Assembly: GCA_951406725.2 (NCBI GenBank)
Contig: OX597833.1
Location: forward strand, 15,934,001-15,998,000
Direction: 5' to 3'
DNA from: Octopus vulgaris
Taxonomy: Eukaryota
Length of the DNA: 64,000 nt
Below the pieces are notes generated by a model. That model saw only the letters and a list, made by a program, of their open reading frames with translations, made no database searches and had not been told where the DNA came from. Below, one piece after another: positions 1-13,782 of the stretch (position 1 is its first letter; the number at the start of each line of letters is the position of its first letter). The position numbers were made by a program, and so were the translations under genes.

Positions 1-320
1 TAAGGGAAATAACTATATAAGCATTTTTAGAGATGTAAAGTATAATAGCCATCTCAATATGGCTAACCACTGTAGCTTTTTACGTTTTTAGAGAGTTTAC
101 TTCCCTTATATAATAGCAAAGAAATGCATTTAAAATGGGAAAAAATTATGGTAAATTTTTTTCTTAATTGTAGACTCATCGTAGACGCGCACTAATACCC
201 AGAAGGGCTCGATATGAATCACGACTATAAGATACCCGCTTTTGGTTACACTGCACCGCAAAATGTGGGAGTAGTTAGGAATCTAAATCGTAGGAGACAG
301 ACACACTTCACTTTTATATA
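1..320. mobile_element. Interspersed repeat, possibly Helitron-like
   Basis: Shares GTAAAGTATA.TAGCCATCTCAATATGGCTAACCACT with 39246-39282. It ends in ACTTCACTTTTATATA, resembling the end of the Helitron-like copies. Confidence 0.4.
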
Positions 321-1430
321 CAAAGATTTTCACAACCCTTTATTACGAGGAAGGACGCAAGAGTTTCCAAAGTGCCCGCCAAACATACAATTACTCCCAG
401 GAATTCTACATCTTTGGTTAAATAGACAGCAAAATCCTGAACACACAACAACAAAAAGACCAGACGGCAAGAAGTTCACACTAACGGGAATTATTACCAA
501 CACAACAATAAACATAGCAACACATTATGACTCCCCTGTCTCTCAAAACGAGTACGCAGGGGATAGAGTACAGAGAAGCAAAAAGAACAAGAACATATAA
601 ACACGGCTGTTGGAGGTGTTGAAGAATTCATCACAAAACCCTTTGGCACATCCAGGACCACAATTCTATTACGACATGCAAAAACTGTTTTCAGAGGACG
701 TGGTACGTTTTCGACAATACAATGGGTTAACAGTTACAAAGTGCTTTTGAGAATCTTAAATGCTCTCGATTGTTCTTTGTATTTAAGTTAGAAGTAACCA
801 TTCTAGTTTCATGTATTTTATATATTTCCCCCCTCCATAGAACTAAGAAAGGGTTGTGTAAGCGTTCATGCTCTCGGATCCGACTGAGAAAGATTGCATG
901 CTTAACAACCTATAGACCCTCCACAAAAAATCTATGATTCCAGGCCAATGTTAAAAGAAAAATCGTTTGTTCTTATTCCTTTTATCATTATCATTTCTGC
1001 ATTATGTATTTTCTTATTATTAGGGTGCGTACTATAAGAGGAGCAAGCTGTAAACCAGACAGGGGCGAGATAATTGCCGCACAACTTCGATTCGTGACGT
1101 TAATCTTTTGCAGTTTCTAGAAATATGGGAACATTGCAGAATTTCAGTGCCATAAAGTGTGACTTATTTCTCAGCTTGAATAAGAGAGGTCATGAACATT
1201 ATTTAACGCCATTCTCTTGTTGCAGTTAATGTTCTTGTTGTTGCTCTTGTTTTTAGTTGTTGTGGGTACTGGTGGTAGGGGCGTGTTTAGCCACAGGTTC
1301 GCTTTGATTAATAGACTTACGACAGTTCCAGCAGTTAACATACCATACCACCTCTGTTTATATATTCAGTGACGAAAGTGTTGAATACTCAATTCCGTAT
1401 TTTTTTAAATGACAGTGTGAATATATACTT

Positions 1431-1482
<52 letters not shown>

Positions 1483-1525
1483 GGCGGTGCATCAGCATGG
1501 CCGCAGCTCTGAGCTGCAACAAGAG

Positions 1526-1578
<53 letters not shown>

Positions 1579-1591
1579 AAGTATATATATA

Positions 1592-1759
1592 GGCGCAGGA
1601 GTGCCTGTGTGGTAGGTAGATTGCTTACCAACTACATGGGTCCGGGTTCAGTCCTACTGCGGAGCACCTTGGGAAAGTGTCTTCTACTATAGCCTCGGAC
1701 CGACCAAAGCCTTGTGAGTGCATTTGGTAGACGGAAACTGAAAGACCGTCGTATATATG

Positions 1760-1797
<38 letters not shown>

Positions 1798-2009
1798 TGT
1801 GTGTAAGTTTGAGTGTCTATGTTTGTCCCGCTAGCATTAATTAACAACTGATGCTGATATGTTTATATCCCCGTCACTTAGCGGTTCGACATAATAGACC
1901 GATAGAATAAGTACTCGGCTTACAAAGAATAAGTCCCCGGGGTCGATTTGCTCGACTAAAGGCGGTGCTCCAGCATGGTCAATGACTGAAACAAGTAAAA
2001 GAGTAAAAG
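1592..2009 (+). mobile_element. Family C tRNA-derived SINE with an internal (TA)/(TG) microsatellite
   Basis: GGCGCAGGAGTG..TGTGTGGTA...GGGTTCAGTCC head, CORE-like CACCTTGGG.AAGTGTCTT and a (GAGTAAAA)n tail. Confidence 0.88.
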
Positions 2010-2435
2010 ACAGAGTACAAGAGAGTAATTAAATGAAAGACAGGTACATTTGAAAGACAGGTACATTTGAAAGACAGGTACATTAATTTAAATTCGTACA
2101 AATTATAAAAGGCTTGGGTTTATCAGTGTCCGGAAAATCGATCTGATTCTTGTATTTAATTACAAAAAAGAAACACAGTTTGAATTCTGAGATCAGTTTA
2201 CCTTTTATCTCTTTAGATGTCACCTATTTAGGTACCACAGTACCTGGGATGTAATTTGATTCATTTTATCAATCGATTATTTACCTCTGCTAGCAAATGC
2301 GAGTAGATTCTTTTATTGGATGTTTCCAACTGAAAATTTACGTATTTACTAAAACTGTGAATTATGGAAACGGCAATTGAGATAAGCAGCGCGAAAGATA
2401 AAAGCACACAAACAGAGCTCGCAGGTAGACACTCA

Positions 2436-2603
2436 AACGTACGGACGTACACCAGTGTCCCTAAATCCAACAACGTTGCTAGGAGATGATAAAGGACGTT
2501 TATATATATGCATGTATGTATGTAAGTATGTATGTATGTATGTATGTATGTATGTATGTATGTATGTATGTATGTATGTATGTATGTGTGTATGTATATA
2601 TAA

Positions 2604-2656
<53 letters not shown>

Positions 2657-2663
2657 TGTATAT

Positions 2664-2701
<38 letters not shown>

Positions 2702-2712
2702 AAGAGAGAGGA

Positions 2713-2752
<40 letters not shown>

Positions 2753-3385
2753 TATATACATATACATATATATATATATGTACACACAAATATATATATG
2801 TGTGTATATAGATAGAGAGAGAGAGTTACATACACACATGCATTCACACATACATGCATACAAACATATATATTCATATACATAAATGTATACCCACACA
2901 CACACATACATACGTATATATTCATATGTATATACATATATATATGTGTGTGTGTGTGTGTGTACATATATACATATATATATATATATACACACACACA
3001 TATATATATGTGTGTGTGTGTGTGTATGTATATATATATATATATATATAGATATAGATATATATATAAGAACATACATATATACGTATTTATACATATG
3101 TATGTATTATGTAAGCGTATGTGTGTGTGCGTGTGTGTGTGCGTAGGAACACAACGTATTTTCAAGCAAAGTTTCCATGTTTCCAGGCGTACGTGTATAT
3201 GCATATATGATTGTATGTATTCATACATACCTACATACATACCTACATACATATATATATATTATATATTTATATGTATATATATATACATTATAACGTA
3301 CGGACGTACATATATAGATATATATATGTATGTATATATAGTATAGATGTATGTATGTATATATAGATATGATATGTGTGTATAG

Positions 3386-3430
<45 letters not shown>

Positions 3431-3496
3431 TATATATATATATATATATATATAGTGAAAGAGAGAGGATATTTATATATATATATATATATAGGT

Positions 3497-3530
<34 letters not shown>

Positions 3531-3713
3531 ATATATACACACAAATATATATATGTGTGTATATAGATAGAGAGAGAGAGTTACATACACACATGCATTC
3601 ACACATACATGCATACAAACATATATATTCATATACATAAATGTATGTACCCACACACACACATACATACGTATATATTCATATGTATATACATATATAT
3701 GTGTGTGTGTGTG

Positions 3714-3753
<40 letters not shown>

Positions 3754-4455
3754 TATATATATATGTGTGTGTGTGTGTGTATGTATATATATATATATAT
3801 ATATATAGATATAGATATATATATAAGAACTAATATATACGTATTTATACATATGTATGTATACATATATACGTATTTATACATATGTATGTATTATGTA
3901 AGCGTATGTGTGTGTGCGTGTGTGTGTGCGTAGGAACACAACGTATTTTCAAGCAAAGTTTCCATGTTTCCAGGCGTAGTTGTCTTCCTCTCGATGATCA
4001 GGCCATAAAAAACGTCTTCAGGCTGTTTATACACTTTGAATATTTAATCTGTTTCCAAACAGCAATCTTAGGTTTGCTGGGAGACGGTGTATTGTACTTA
4101 AGAAAGACAAACAACCACGTTTCTTTGATAGACATTAAGTGGGGGCGATGATACAGCTGGGGATCCAGGCGGTATCGTGTAACGATTTGGGATTGCGATG
4201 CCGTGTTACACTGCGTAGTTCAAGTGGAGGGTTCGATGGTTCTGCTGAAGTGGACGGTGGTGAAATAAAGATAGATCGATCGCGAGATGGTTCTGTAAGA
4301 CTACTAAAATACATTCAGAACAAGATAAAACGTTTAAGTGTTGGATACACAAGTATATCGTACTCATACACGTGATTACAAATGCACACACACGTGTATA
4401 TGCATATATGATTGTATGTATTCATACATACCTACATACATACCTACATACATAC
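2436..4455. repeat. Imperfect tandem duplication of a microsatellite-rich block
   Basis: Unique anchors recur: AACGTACGGACGTACA (2436, 3295), GTGAAAGAGAGAGG (2698, 3455), GGAACACAACG...CCAGGCGTA (ends 3191, 3978) and ACGTGTATATGCATATATGATTG (3191, 4392). Confidence 0.85.
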
Positions 4456-4647
4456 ATATATGTTTCTTTTATGTATGCATATTTGATAGATAGATAGATA
4501 GATATATAGATAGACAGATACAGACAGACAGACAGATAGATAAATAGGTATATAGATAGGTAGAAAGATGTGTTTCTTTATTAACCACAAAGGGCTGCAC
4601 ACAGACTGGACAGATTACAAAGTAGAGCTTTTCTTATTGGGGGAGAG

Positions 4648-4721
<74 letters not shown>

Positions 4722-4791
4722 AAGAAGCAGATAAGGTTTGTCCGTGGGAAGAAAAGCCAACGGAAAAGATCACAGATAGATACATAGATAA

Positions 4792-4900
<109 letters not shown>

Positions 4901-5821
4901 TAGATAAAGTGGATGAATAAATTGGACACACGGATGTATATACCTATATAAACCCATGAATGTGCATTTAAATACTAATATGTGTGCTTCGGTGGTGTGT
5001 GATCGAATGTGAGAAATATTTTCTTCTCAAGCATGTAGTCTCTGGTTCGATGTCACAGCGTGGCATCGTGAACATATGCCAATTTTGAGAGTTAAGCGTT
5101 TACCATACATCATGATTGAAATTGCGTTGATGGAATCTGTACAAAAAAACAAAAACAAATACAAAAAAAAAAAAAAAAACACAACAAAAACACACAGGAC
5201 AAAATGCTTAGAGATGTTTCGTCCGTTCTGAGTTCAAATTCCACAGAAGTCAACTTTGCTATTCATCCTTTCAGAGTCAATGAAATAATACAAGTCAAGT
5301 TCTGGAGTCGATCCAGTCAACCAGGCCTTGTGCCTATGGGTGAATCGATTATTGTTTCAAAAAATACATGAGAGAGAGGGGGAAGAATAGAATGAGAAAA
5401 ATCATTAAAACGAGAGATGCTTTAAGAAGTCTGGGGTCAAATAAGCCAGCGTACAATCAGCGACGTCAAAGAGGCAGCGCTAAAAAGGTTCATGTCCAAG
5501 TGAGTGGCCTATCTGGGTCTCTGATACGGGTGGTCTCCGGGGAAGCGGAGGACAAGAAGCTGATGAAATTAAGTTGGATGCAGCACTTAATCCGTTTGTC
5601 TGTCCTTGTTTGTCCCCTCTGTGTTTAGCCCCTTGTGGGTAGTAAGGAAATAGGTATTTCGTCTGCCGCTACGTTGAGTTGAAATTCCGCCGAGGTCGAC
5701 TTTGCCTTTCATTCTTTCGGGGTCGGTAAATTAAGTACCAGTTACGCACTGGGGTCGATATAATCGACTTAATCCGTTTGTCTGTCCTTGTTTGTCCCCT
5801 CTATGTTTAGCCCCTTGTGGG

Positions 5822-5875
<54 letters not shown>

Positions 5876-5878
<3 letters not shown>

Positions 5879-6075
5879 ATCCAAGCAAGAAAGCACAAAA
5901 AAACACAACAACGCGAGGACATGGAACAAATATAGTATTATTGAACGCTCAGGAAAGAAGGAGGGTTTCACGTTTCGAGCGGAGCTCTTCGTCGGAAACA
6001 TAGGAGAAGGAAAGATCCCGAGAAGGGAAGACAGAGGAAAAAAAATCACCAACGGTACACACGCGGTCACATTTA
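5876..6075 (-). mobile_element. Short PLE-like element with a minimal hammerhead variant
   Basis: The reverse complement of 5965-5999 reads GTTT-CCGACGA-A-GAGC-tcc-GCTC-GAAA-CG-TG-AAAC, the same architecture as the 56715 motif. It abuts a (TA)n run. Confidence 0.5.
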
Positions 6076-7007
6076 GGAGGAAGGAGAGGTGGGATTCAAC
6101 ATAGTTTCCCTGTACCAAAATTATTCGCGAGGTATTGGTCGGCTCGGGGCTATAGTAAACAACACTTGCCTAAGATACCACGGCATGGAATTGAACCCAA
6201 ATTCACGATGCTGCAAAGGCGAGTTTGTTAACTGCACAGCCATTTCATTAGATATGATGTTAAAAGAAACTATTATTTATGTATCGTTATTGCTATTTGA
6301 TTTGATTATTTCAGATGTGGGAAATAAGAGCAATAATTTTGTTCTATGTTATCTTCAACGTCTTTCGGTGTCCAGTTATGTCGAGGACAGAAGAATTAAT
6401 AACTATTTTAATTACATATTTAAGAAAGGAGCTAACTGAATTATAACGTGGTCTTGTATTGTTTTAATCCTTCAAAAATTCCCTTTCCCAATTAATCAAA
6501 CTACTGCATTGTCCACCGGTTCCCCCATTTCATTTTCATTTCTTTAATTCAATTTATTTCAATCTTCATATCTTGACAGCACCAAATATAGCAAAGCCTC
6601 CTGAGGGGAGGAGGAGGAGTGACGACTATGACGAAGATCCACTGAGTAAGACGCAAAGAAAGATGAAGAAATGTGAATATACAAAAATAAATTGTGACGC
6701 AAGAGAATGAAGAGAATGAAAATAGAGAAAGACAAAATGAATTATCTGAATGATATTCTTCTCTCTTTGGTCATTTTCAAGGCTTCAATTAAAGACAATA
6801 TCTTCGAAAAATTCTATAAATCTCACCTCCGTGATGCTTCTTTCTATTTTCTCCTCTTATATTTCTCCGTCTCTCTCTCTATAAGCGCAAGTCTGTCTTG
6901 CCTTGGTTGTTCAAATTGAAGAGAAAAATAATATTATTATTTAATTATGAGTAATATACCACGTGTTGCTGCTGGTTAACAACATTGTAGAAATGTCAGA
7001 GTGACAA

Positions 7008-7399
7008 CTCTTTTACTCTTTTACTTGTTTCAGTCATTTGACTGCGGCCATGCTGGAGCACCGCCTTTGGTCGAGCAAATCGACCCCGGGACTTATTCTT
7101 TGTAAGCCCAGTACTTATTCTATCGGTCTCTTTTGCCGAACCGCTAAGTTACGGGGGCCGTAAACACACTAGCATCGGTTGTCAAGCAATGCTAGAGGGA
7201 CAAACACAGACACACACATATATATATACATATATACGACAGGCTTCTTTCAGTTTCCGTCTACCAAATCCACTCACAAGGCATTGGTCGGCCCGGGGCT
7301 ATAGCAGAAGACACTTGCCCAAGATGCCACGCAGTAGGACTGAACCCGGAACCATGTGGTTGGTTAGCAAGCTACTTACCACACAGCCACTCCTGCGCC
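7008..7399 (-). mobile_element. Family C SINE
   Basis: Full-length reverse copy. Confidence 0.88.
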
Positions 7400-7521
7400 T
7401 ATTAAGTTTAAGTTATTAATTCTTTATTATGAGTTCAGTTCCCCGTGGGGCTATTATTCTAGGGGTTGAATGAAATAAACACCAGTCATGCAATGAAGAC
7501 TACATAATCAAATATAGTACT

Positions 7522-8089
7522 TTTCTACTCTACGCACAAGGCCTGAAATTTTGGGGTAAGTGGCCAGTCGATTAGATCGACCCCAGTACGGAACTGGTAA
7601 TCAATTTATCGACCCCGAAAGGATGGAAGGCAATGTCGACCTCGGCGGAATTTGAACTCAGACCGTAAAGACAGACGAAATACCTATTTCTTTACTACCC
7701 AGAAGGGGCTAAACACAGAGGGGACAAAGGGGATTAAGTCGATTATATCGACCCCAGTTCGTAACTTGTTACTTAATTTATCGACCCCGAAATGATGGAA
7801 GGCAATGTCGACCTCGGCAGAATTTGAACTCAGAACGTAGCGGCAGACGAAATACCTATTTCTTTACTACCCAGAAGGGGCTAAACACAGAGGGGACAAA
7901 CAAGGACAGACAAAGGGATTAAGTCGATTATATCGACCCCATGTCGTAACTTGTACTTAATTTATCAACCCCGAAAGGATGAAAGGCAAAGTCGATCTCG
8001 GCGGAATTTGAACTCAGAACGTTACGGCAGACGAAATACCGCTAAGCATTTTGCCCAGCATGCTAACGTGTCTGCCAGCTCACCACCTT
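7522..8089 (-). mobile_element. Family A SINE trimer with 15-bp TSD
   Basis: ATCAAATATAGTACT at 7507-7521 and 8090-8104. Confidence 0.9.
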
Positions 8090-8833
8090 ATCAAATATAG
8101 TACTACTGCCTATATAGTACTATACTATTAAAAAAAAATAATAATAAATGTTCCTTCCCGAGCCATGCCAGGCTCATAAGGGCCAGTTTCCCGGTTTCAG
8201 TGGCGTAGAAATTCCCCACCTGGACGGAACGCCGGTCCGTCGCAGGATTACTCATTTTTGCCAGCTGAGTGGACTGGAGCAACGTAAAAATGATGAGTTT
8301 TGCTCAAGAACCCAACGCATCGTCCGGTGCAGGAATCGAAACCACAACCTTACGATCATGAGTTCACCACCCTAACCACTAAACCACGCAACGTCCACAT
8401 ACTATACAATACTATTGTATATAATACCACGTGGAGGCGCAATGGCCCAGTGATTAGGGCAACAGACTCCCGGTCGTGGGATCACGGTTTCGATACCGAG
8501 ACCGGGCATTGTGATTATTTATTGAGCGAAAACACGTAAAGCTCCACGAGGCTCCGGAAAAGGGTGGTGGGGAACCCTGCTGTACTCTTTCACTACAACT
8601 TTCACTCACTCTTTCTTCCTGTTTCTCTTGTACCTGTATTTCAAAACGAGCCAGCCTTTTCACACTCGGTGTCACGCTGAATCTCCCCGAGAACTACTAA
8701 ATAATGAACTACTAAATAATTCAAAACGAAAGAGGAACATTCACCTGCACTACAATGTAACAACGGGTGCAGGGCGGTGTTACCTGCACCATTCGTTGCA
8801 TTTTATTGACGGTGAATTATAAATATACATACA

Positions 8834-8904
<71 letters not shown>

Positions 8905-11121
8905 TTATATTATATAGAGGGTACTATTACACATAGGGACTTTAAGAGTCCCTCCTAGCGTGAGGCATCTATATGTAAGAGTGCCCTCTATATAATATAA
9001 ATAAATAAATTTCAAGGAAAAAAACATCAATTTTTTTCTCTTATGAGGTTTTTCACGCTAACTACTTGAAAAATTCTTATGAAGATTTTATCCTATTTTA
9101 AAATTCTATATATATATATGGTCGTAATCTATCGTTTTTGGTAAACACTGTGCGCTATCATATTTGCAATATCAAATATACATAATTAAGCCTTTCACTC
9201 CTTAAGGACCATGGCGCATCGACGACACTTCTCAACTGTCCTTGATTCCGGAATGTTTTTCCGCTTCTCTGTTGATGGATCACTTTTTTTTGCAGCTGTG
9301 GCAGCTCCCTTTCGGATTTTGCTACATCAACCTGTAAGTTTCCCTGGGGGAAGGTATTTCTCTCCTAGATTTGCCCGTTTAAATTGACATGCGTAATTCT
9401 GTAATATTGTTCCTTTTCTTCTAGGTAGGTCTGTTGGTTCTATAAAAACCAATGTCTTACCTCTGCAAGAGGGGATCCATATTAGCAATGGCATATCTCT
9501 CAAGGTCACTGAGACACACAATCATCACGGGGTAACAAGGACTAGACCATATGGTGGACTTTCTTACATAGGGTTGTAATCTATCGTTTGGAGGCTTTCT
9601 GGACGCTCTATCACATTTACGATATCAAAAGGGTATTATTAAATACAAGTTTAAGGCGGCGAGCTGGCAGAATCGTTAGCACGCTGGACGAAATGCTTAG
9701 TGGTATTTCGTCTCCCGTTACGTTCTGAGTTCAAATTCCGCCGGAGTCGACTTTGCCTTTCATCCTTTCGGGGTCGATTAAATAAGTACCAGTTACGTAC
9801 TGGAGTCGATGTAATCGACTTAATATCATTGTCTGTCCTTGTTTGTCCCCTCTCTGTTTAGCTCCTTATGGGCAATAAAGAAATAGGTATTTCGCCAGTC
9901 GCTACGTTCTGAGTTCAAATTCCTACGCGGTCGACTTTGCCTTTTATCTTTCGGGGTCGATAAAATAAATACCAGACGAACACTGGGGTCGATATAATAG
10001 ACTCACGGTGTATTTTTCCGATATAATAAACATTGTTAACGGAATCGGTAATTAATGTATAATGAAATATATGGGAAGAATAAGATTCGTTCTGAGACTG
10101 AAATATTGCTCTGAGCATTGTGGATAGTTGCTGGAATCGGTCGCGCATTTCCTAATGTGTGTACCATGTTATCTTGGATCCGCGAAGAAAGAATCAGTGA
10201 TAAATGGAGGTATGTGTATGTAAGATCATCAAAGTGAGACTCAAATAACTCAGCGCACTGTTAGCTTGCTATTATATATAAAGACAACGAACAGATGAAA
10301 GGTAGTGTTTTCCTCAGCAGATTTGAAATCAAGGGACTAAAAACAAATACCGCAAAATATCTTAGTCGATACCCAACACATGTGCTTGATATTTACTCGT
10401 CCAGTGTACATGTATCGTTAAGAAATGCTTACAGTTATATTAATTACAGAGAATGTCACTTCTCTTCTAAGTGGTAGTTAAGACCATTGTTAAATGTTTC
10501 GTACACAGCTGTTTCTACCACCAAGAACTACAATTCCAGTATTTTAATTGACTACTTAGGTATTTAATGAGTTATAAAATTATATTTAAGACGATACCAA
10601 GTTTGCTAGAATATTACACTTTTACCTACAAAACACACAAGGAATGAAATATGGTTATTGTCATTATTCCTATTTCCCATCTTCCTTCAAGCAACATGAA
10701 GTATACGATTCTTCAAACCACTCTCATTATAATTCTTTCATTTTCACTCTTACCCTATTTGTCAATGAGAGCAGTATCATAAGCATTTCATCCTTTCGCC
10801 AAATACAGGTATAGCAAATACCATATAACATAAATTCGTGTCTCTCATTGTATTTGATGTACGTGTATTTCGTTAGTGTTGTTCAAATGTATGCCACTCG
10901 CCACTGAGATTATTTTACTTAATTCTGTTTAAATTTGTAAACCCCAGTTCTTATTTTTTAAATTTATTTTATCTCTCCAACTGACTTTAACTCATATTTT
11001 ATTCATCATTAAACAGAATTCTTCCACCTTTCAGTTTCCTAACTATGACAGCAAATGAATACACCACACTAATTCATTTATTCCGATAGTACTTACTACA
11101 TAAAAACTGGATTTAAAGTAC

Positions 11122-11503
11122 ACTAGCAGTATCGCCCGACTTTGCTCGGGTTTGTTTCGACCCTTTAGAATTGTAAATTTTGAAAAGTAAAAATTTTGCA
11201 TTTTGTAGCTTGTTATTCTCTTTAAGTGAACATTTTTCTGGTTGAAATACACCGAAAAATGGCGACACAGCAGTCAAAAAATCGTAAAAAATAGGGATTT
11301 TCATAGAAAAAAAACATCTTTTTAATGTAAATAATAATTGGTCTTAACATGGTCCGATTTGAATTTTTTCTTCTACGAAAGGAAGAGCATGTCTTCTTCT
11401 ATCATAGTCTCAATTTTGGGCAACTTGCGCCGCAGGGTCTCGGAGGATATAGTGTTAGTTGAAGGCTACCAAAGCTGCCATATACAGACAACTTCAGCTT
11501 TAT
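11122..11503 (-). mobile_element. Non-autonomous Helitron-like element, copy 1
   Basis: The minus strand ends in a GC hairpin (CCCGAGC...TCGGG) followed by CTAGT. No TIR or TSD is visible. Homologous to 46975-47358. Confidence 0.6.
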
Positions 11504-11960
11504 AGAGAGAGAGATAAACACATAAATTTGAACATAAAATTTATAAATTCGAAATGATATAAAAAAAAAATCTAGCATTAACATTGTGAGATAAATGCCC
11601 ACTAGCTTAAATGCCCACTAGATATATACCAATGCATAGTATATATCCATATACACGTTCGTATGTCGCTGAGTGTTCATTGTGTGAATGTGTGTGTGTA
11701 TGTGTGTGGTTACGTGTCTAAAATGTTAGTTGTTGCGACAGCATAAAATTGGTATAAGTAGGGTCCGCAAAAATGCAGTTATTCATCAGGAATAAACACC
11801 ACAAGGATAAACATTGTGGACAAGATGTTCTATAGTTACGGTCTTTTTACAATAAAAACAAAAATGTTATGTATAACTGTACGTGTGCGCACGTGTGTTT
11901 AGATGTTCAACTATTCGCACGAATATAAAACATGCATAACATAAGTATTTGCATATATAC

Positions 11961-12154
11961 AGGTGTAGAAGTGGCTCTGTGGTAAGTAGCTTGCTTACGG
12001 ATCACGTGGTACCGGGTTCAGTCTCACTGCGTGGCACCTTGGGCAAGTTTCTTCTACTATAGCCTCGAGTCGACCACAGCCTTGTGAGTGGATTTGGTAG
12101 ACGGAAACTGAAAGAAGCCCGTCGTATATATATATATACGACGGGCTTCTATAT

Positions 12155-12208
<54 letters not shown>

Positions 12209-12447
12209 GTATGTGTGTGTATATATTTGTGTGTCTGGGATTATCCCCCACCCAACATCACTTGACAACGGATGGTGGTGTGGTTACGTCCCCGTAACTT
12301 AGCAGTTCGGCAAAACAGACCGATAGAATAAGTACTAGGCTTACAAAGAATATGTTCTGGGGTCGATTTACTCGACTAAAAGCGGTACTCCAGTATGGCT
12401 ACAGTCAAATGACTGTAACAACTAAAAGGGCAAAAGAGTAAAAGAGT
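11961..12447 (+). mobile_element. Family C SINE
   Basis: Full length. It contains a small internal palindrome AGAAGCCCGTCG(TA)nCGACGGGCTTCT. Confidence 0.85.
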
Positions 12448-12478
12448 ACGTGTGTGTATGTGTGTCTGTCTGTGTGTG

Positions 12479-12532
<54 letters not shown>

Positions 12533-13106
12533 TGCCAATATAAAACGGACGGTGCTTTATACAGACGTCTCGTACCTTTGTATGAGACTTCGAACTAATG
12601 CTAGTAAATAATATATAATAATATATGTGGTATATGGTTAAGGTATAACGATAGCATAAATTAACATAAAGTTACATATATAATGTAATAATGCATATAA
12701 TTAATGTTGACATGCACACAATAGCACATTAGTGGAAATTTGTTTTCTGTGAATTATTGCTAAATGGGAATGGTGATTTCATAACCTATAAAATTAAACT
12801 CATGAAGTTTAATGTAAAATAATAACGAAATCTATATGATAGAATAAATCTGATATCCAGTAATAGGAGAATAATCAAAGAATGGTTGGTAACACCATGA
12901 CTTGTACAATAATTGCTAGGATCAAAACTTCTGTCCAATAGAAAGTAGTAATTGTCAATAGTTAGTGGTGTTAATAAAGTACAAGTATGGCAGTGTATTT
13001 AAAAAGCTCGATTTGCAGCGATATATTTTCAGGTTCAGTTCCTCTGCTCGACGCGTTGGGCAAGTATCAACTTTTGTCAGACAGGATGCTAGAAAAAGGA
13101 ATATGG

Positions 13107-13499
13107 TCACCGTGGAGTTTGCTTATTAAGAAGCGTTTGGAATTTTTCAATAAAAAGATTCTCCTTGTTGATTCTTTCTTTTGTAGAGATTCTGTCTTTA
13201 CATTGGTAGAAAGGGAATATATGAAATTTGGGATTTTTATCTCTAGCGCAAGAGTCTATGTGGCTACTGAGTGGAATTTGACGGTATTGTGGTAGATTTA
13301 TCTGTTCTTTATGGACTCCTACTCTTCTGCGTAAGGGAAGGCTCGTTTGTCCGACATAATTTTGTTGGCAACCGGCGCATGTAAGAGCGTAGACGACGTT
13401 CTCGGAGGAACAGAAGTTGGTCTTGATTTTAAAATGTGTTCCTTGTTTGGAAGTAAATTCAGAGTCTTCAAGTAGGAAGGAGCAGGCAACATAAATTTT
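13107..13499 (-). mobile_element. Penelope-like retroelement (PLE) C-terminal GIY-YIG endonuclease fragment, 5'-truncated
   Basis: Manual translation of the stop-to-stop minus frame (no ATG): YVACSFLLEDSEFTSKQGTHFKIKTNFCSSENVVYALTCAGCQQNYVGQTSLPLRRRVGVHKEQINLPQYRQIPLSSHIDSC...ERINKENLFIEKFQTLLNKQTPR*. The NVVY..C..C...YVGQT...LRRR...H...E...LN layout is the PLE GIY-YIG signature. Confidence 0.88.
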
Positions 13500-13600
13500 T
13501 CAAAAAAAATCTCTTAACAAATGCCAAACTTCACACACCACATCCACCCCATCAGTTAAAAAATGTGCACGCCCTGACTGCACATGCAATATATATGTAT

Positions 13601-13681
<81 letters not shown>

Positions 13682-13698
13682 AAGAAAGAAAGATAGAT

Positions 13699-13782
<84 letters not shown>

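Noticed and set aside
214-600. 128-aa ORF
   Set aside because: It starts inside an interspersed repeat and crosses its boundary, with no recognisable motif.
2261-3933. Long ORFs rich in YI/HT/CV
   Set aside because: They are translations of TA/CA/TATG microsatellites. The same applies to the ORFs at 44.5, 47.3, 51.7 and 57.4-59 kb.
12555-12600. Minus-strand GTAC-GAGA-CGTC-TGTA downstream of the PLE frame
   Set aside because: It resembles the 3' half of a hammerhead, but the CUGANGA half is missing.
12987-13295. 102-aa plus-strand ORF
   Set aside because: It is the antisense shadow of the PLE GIY-YIG frame.
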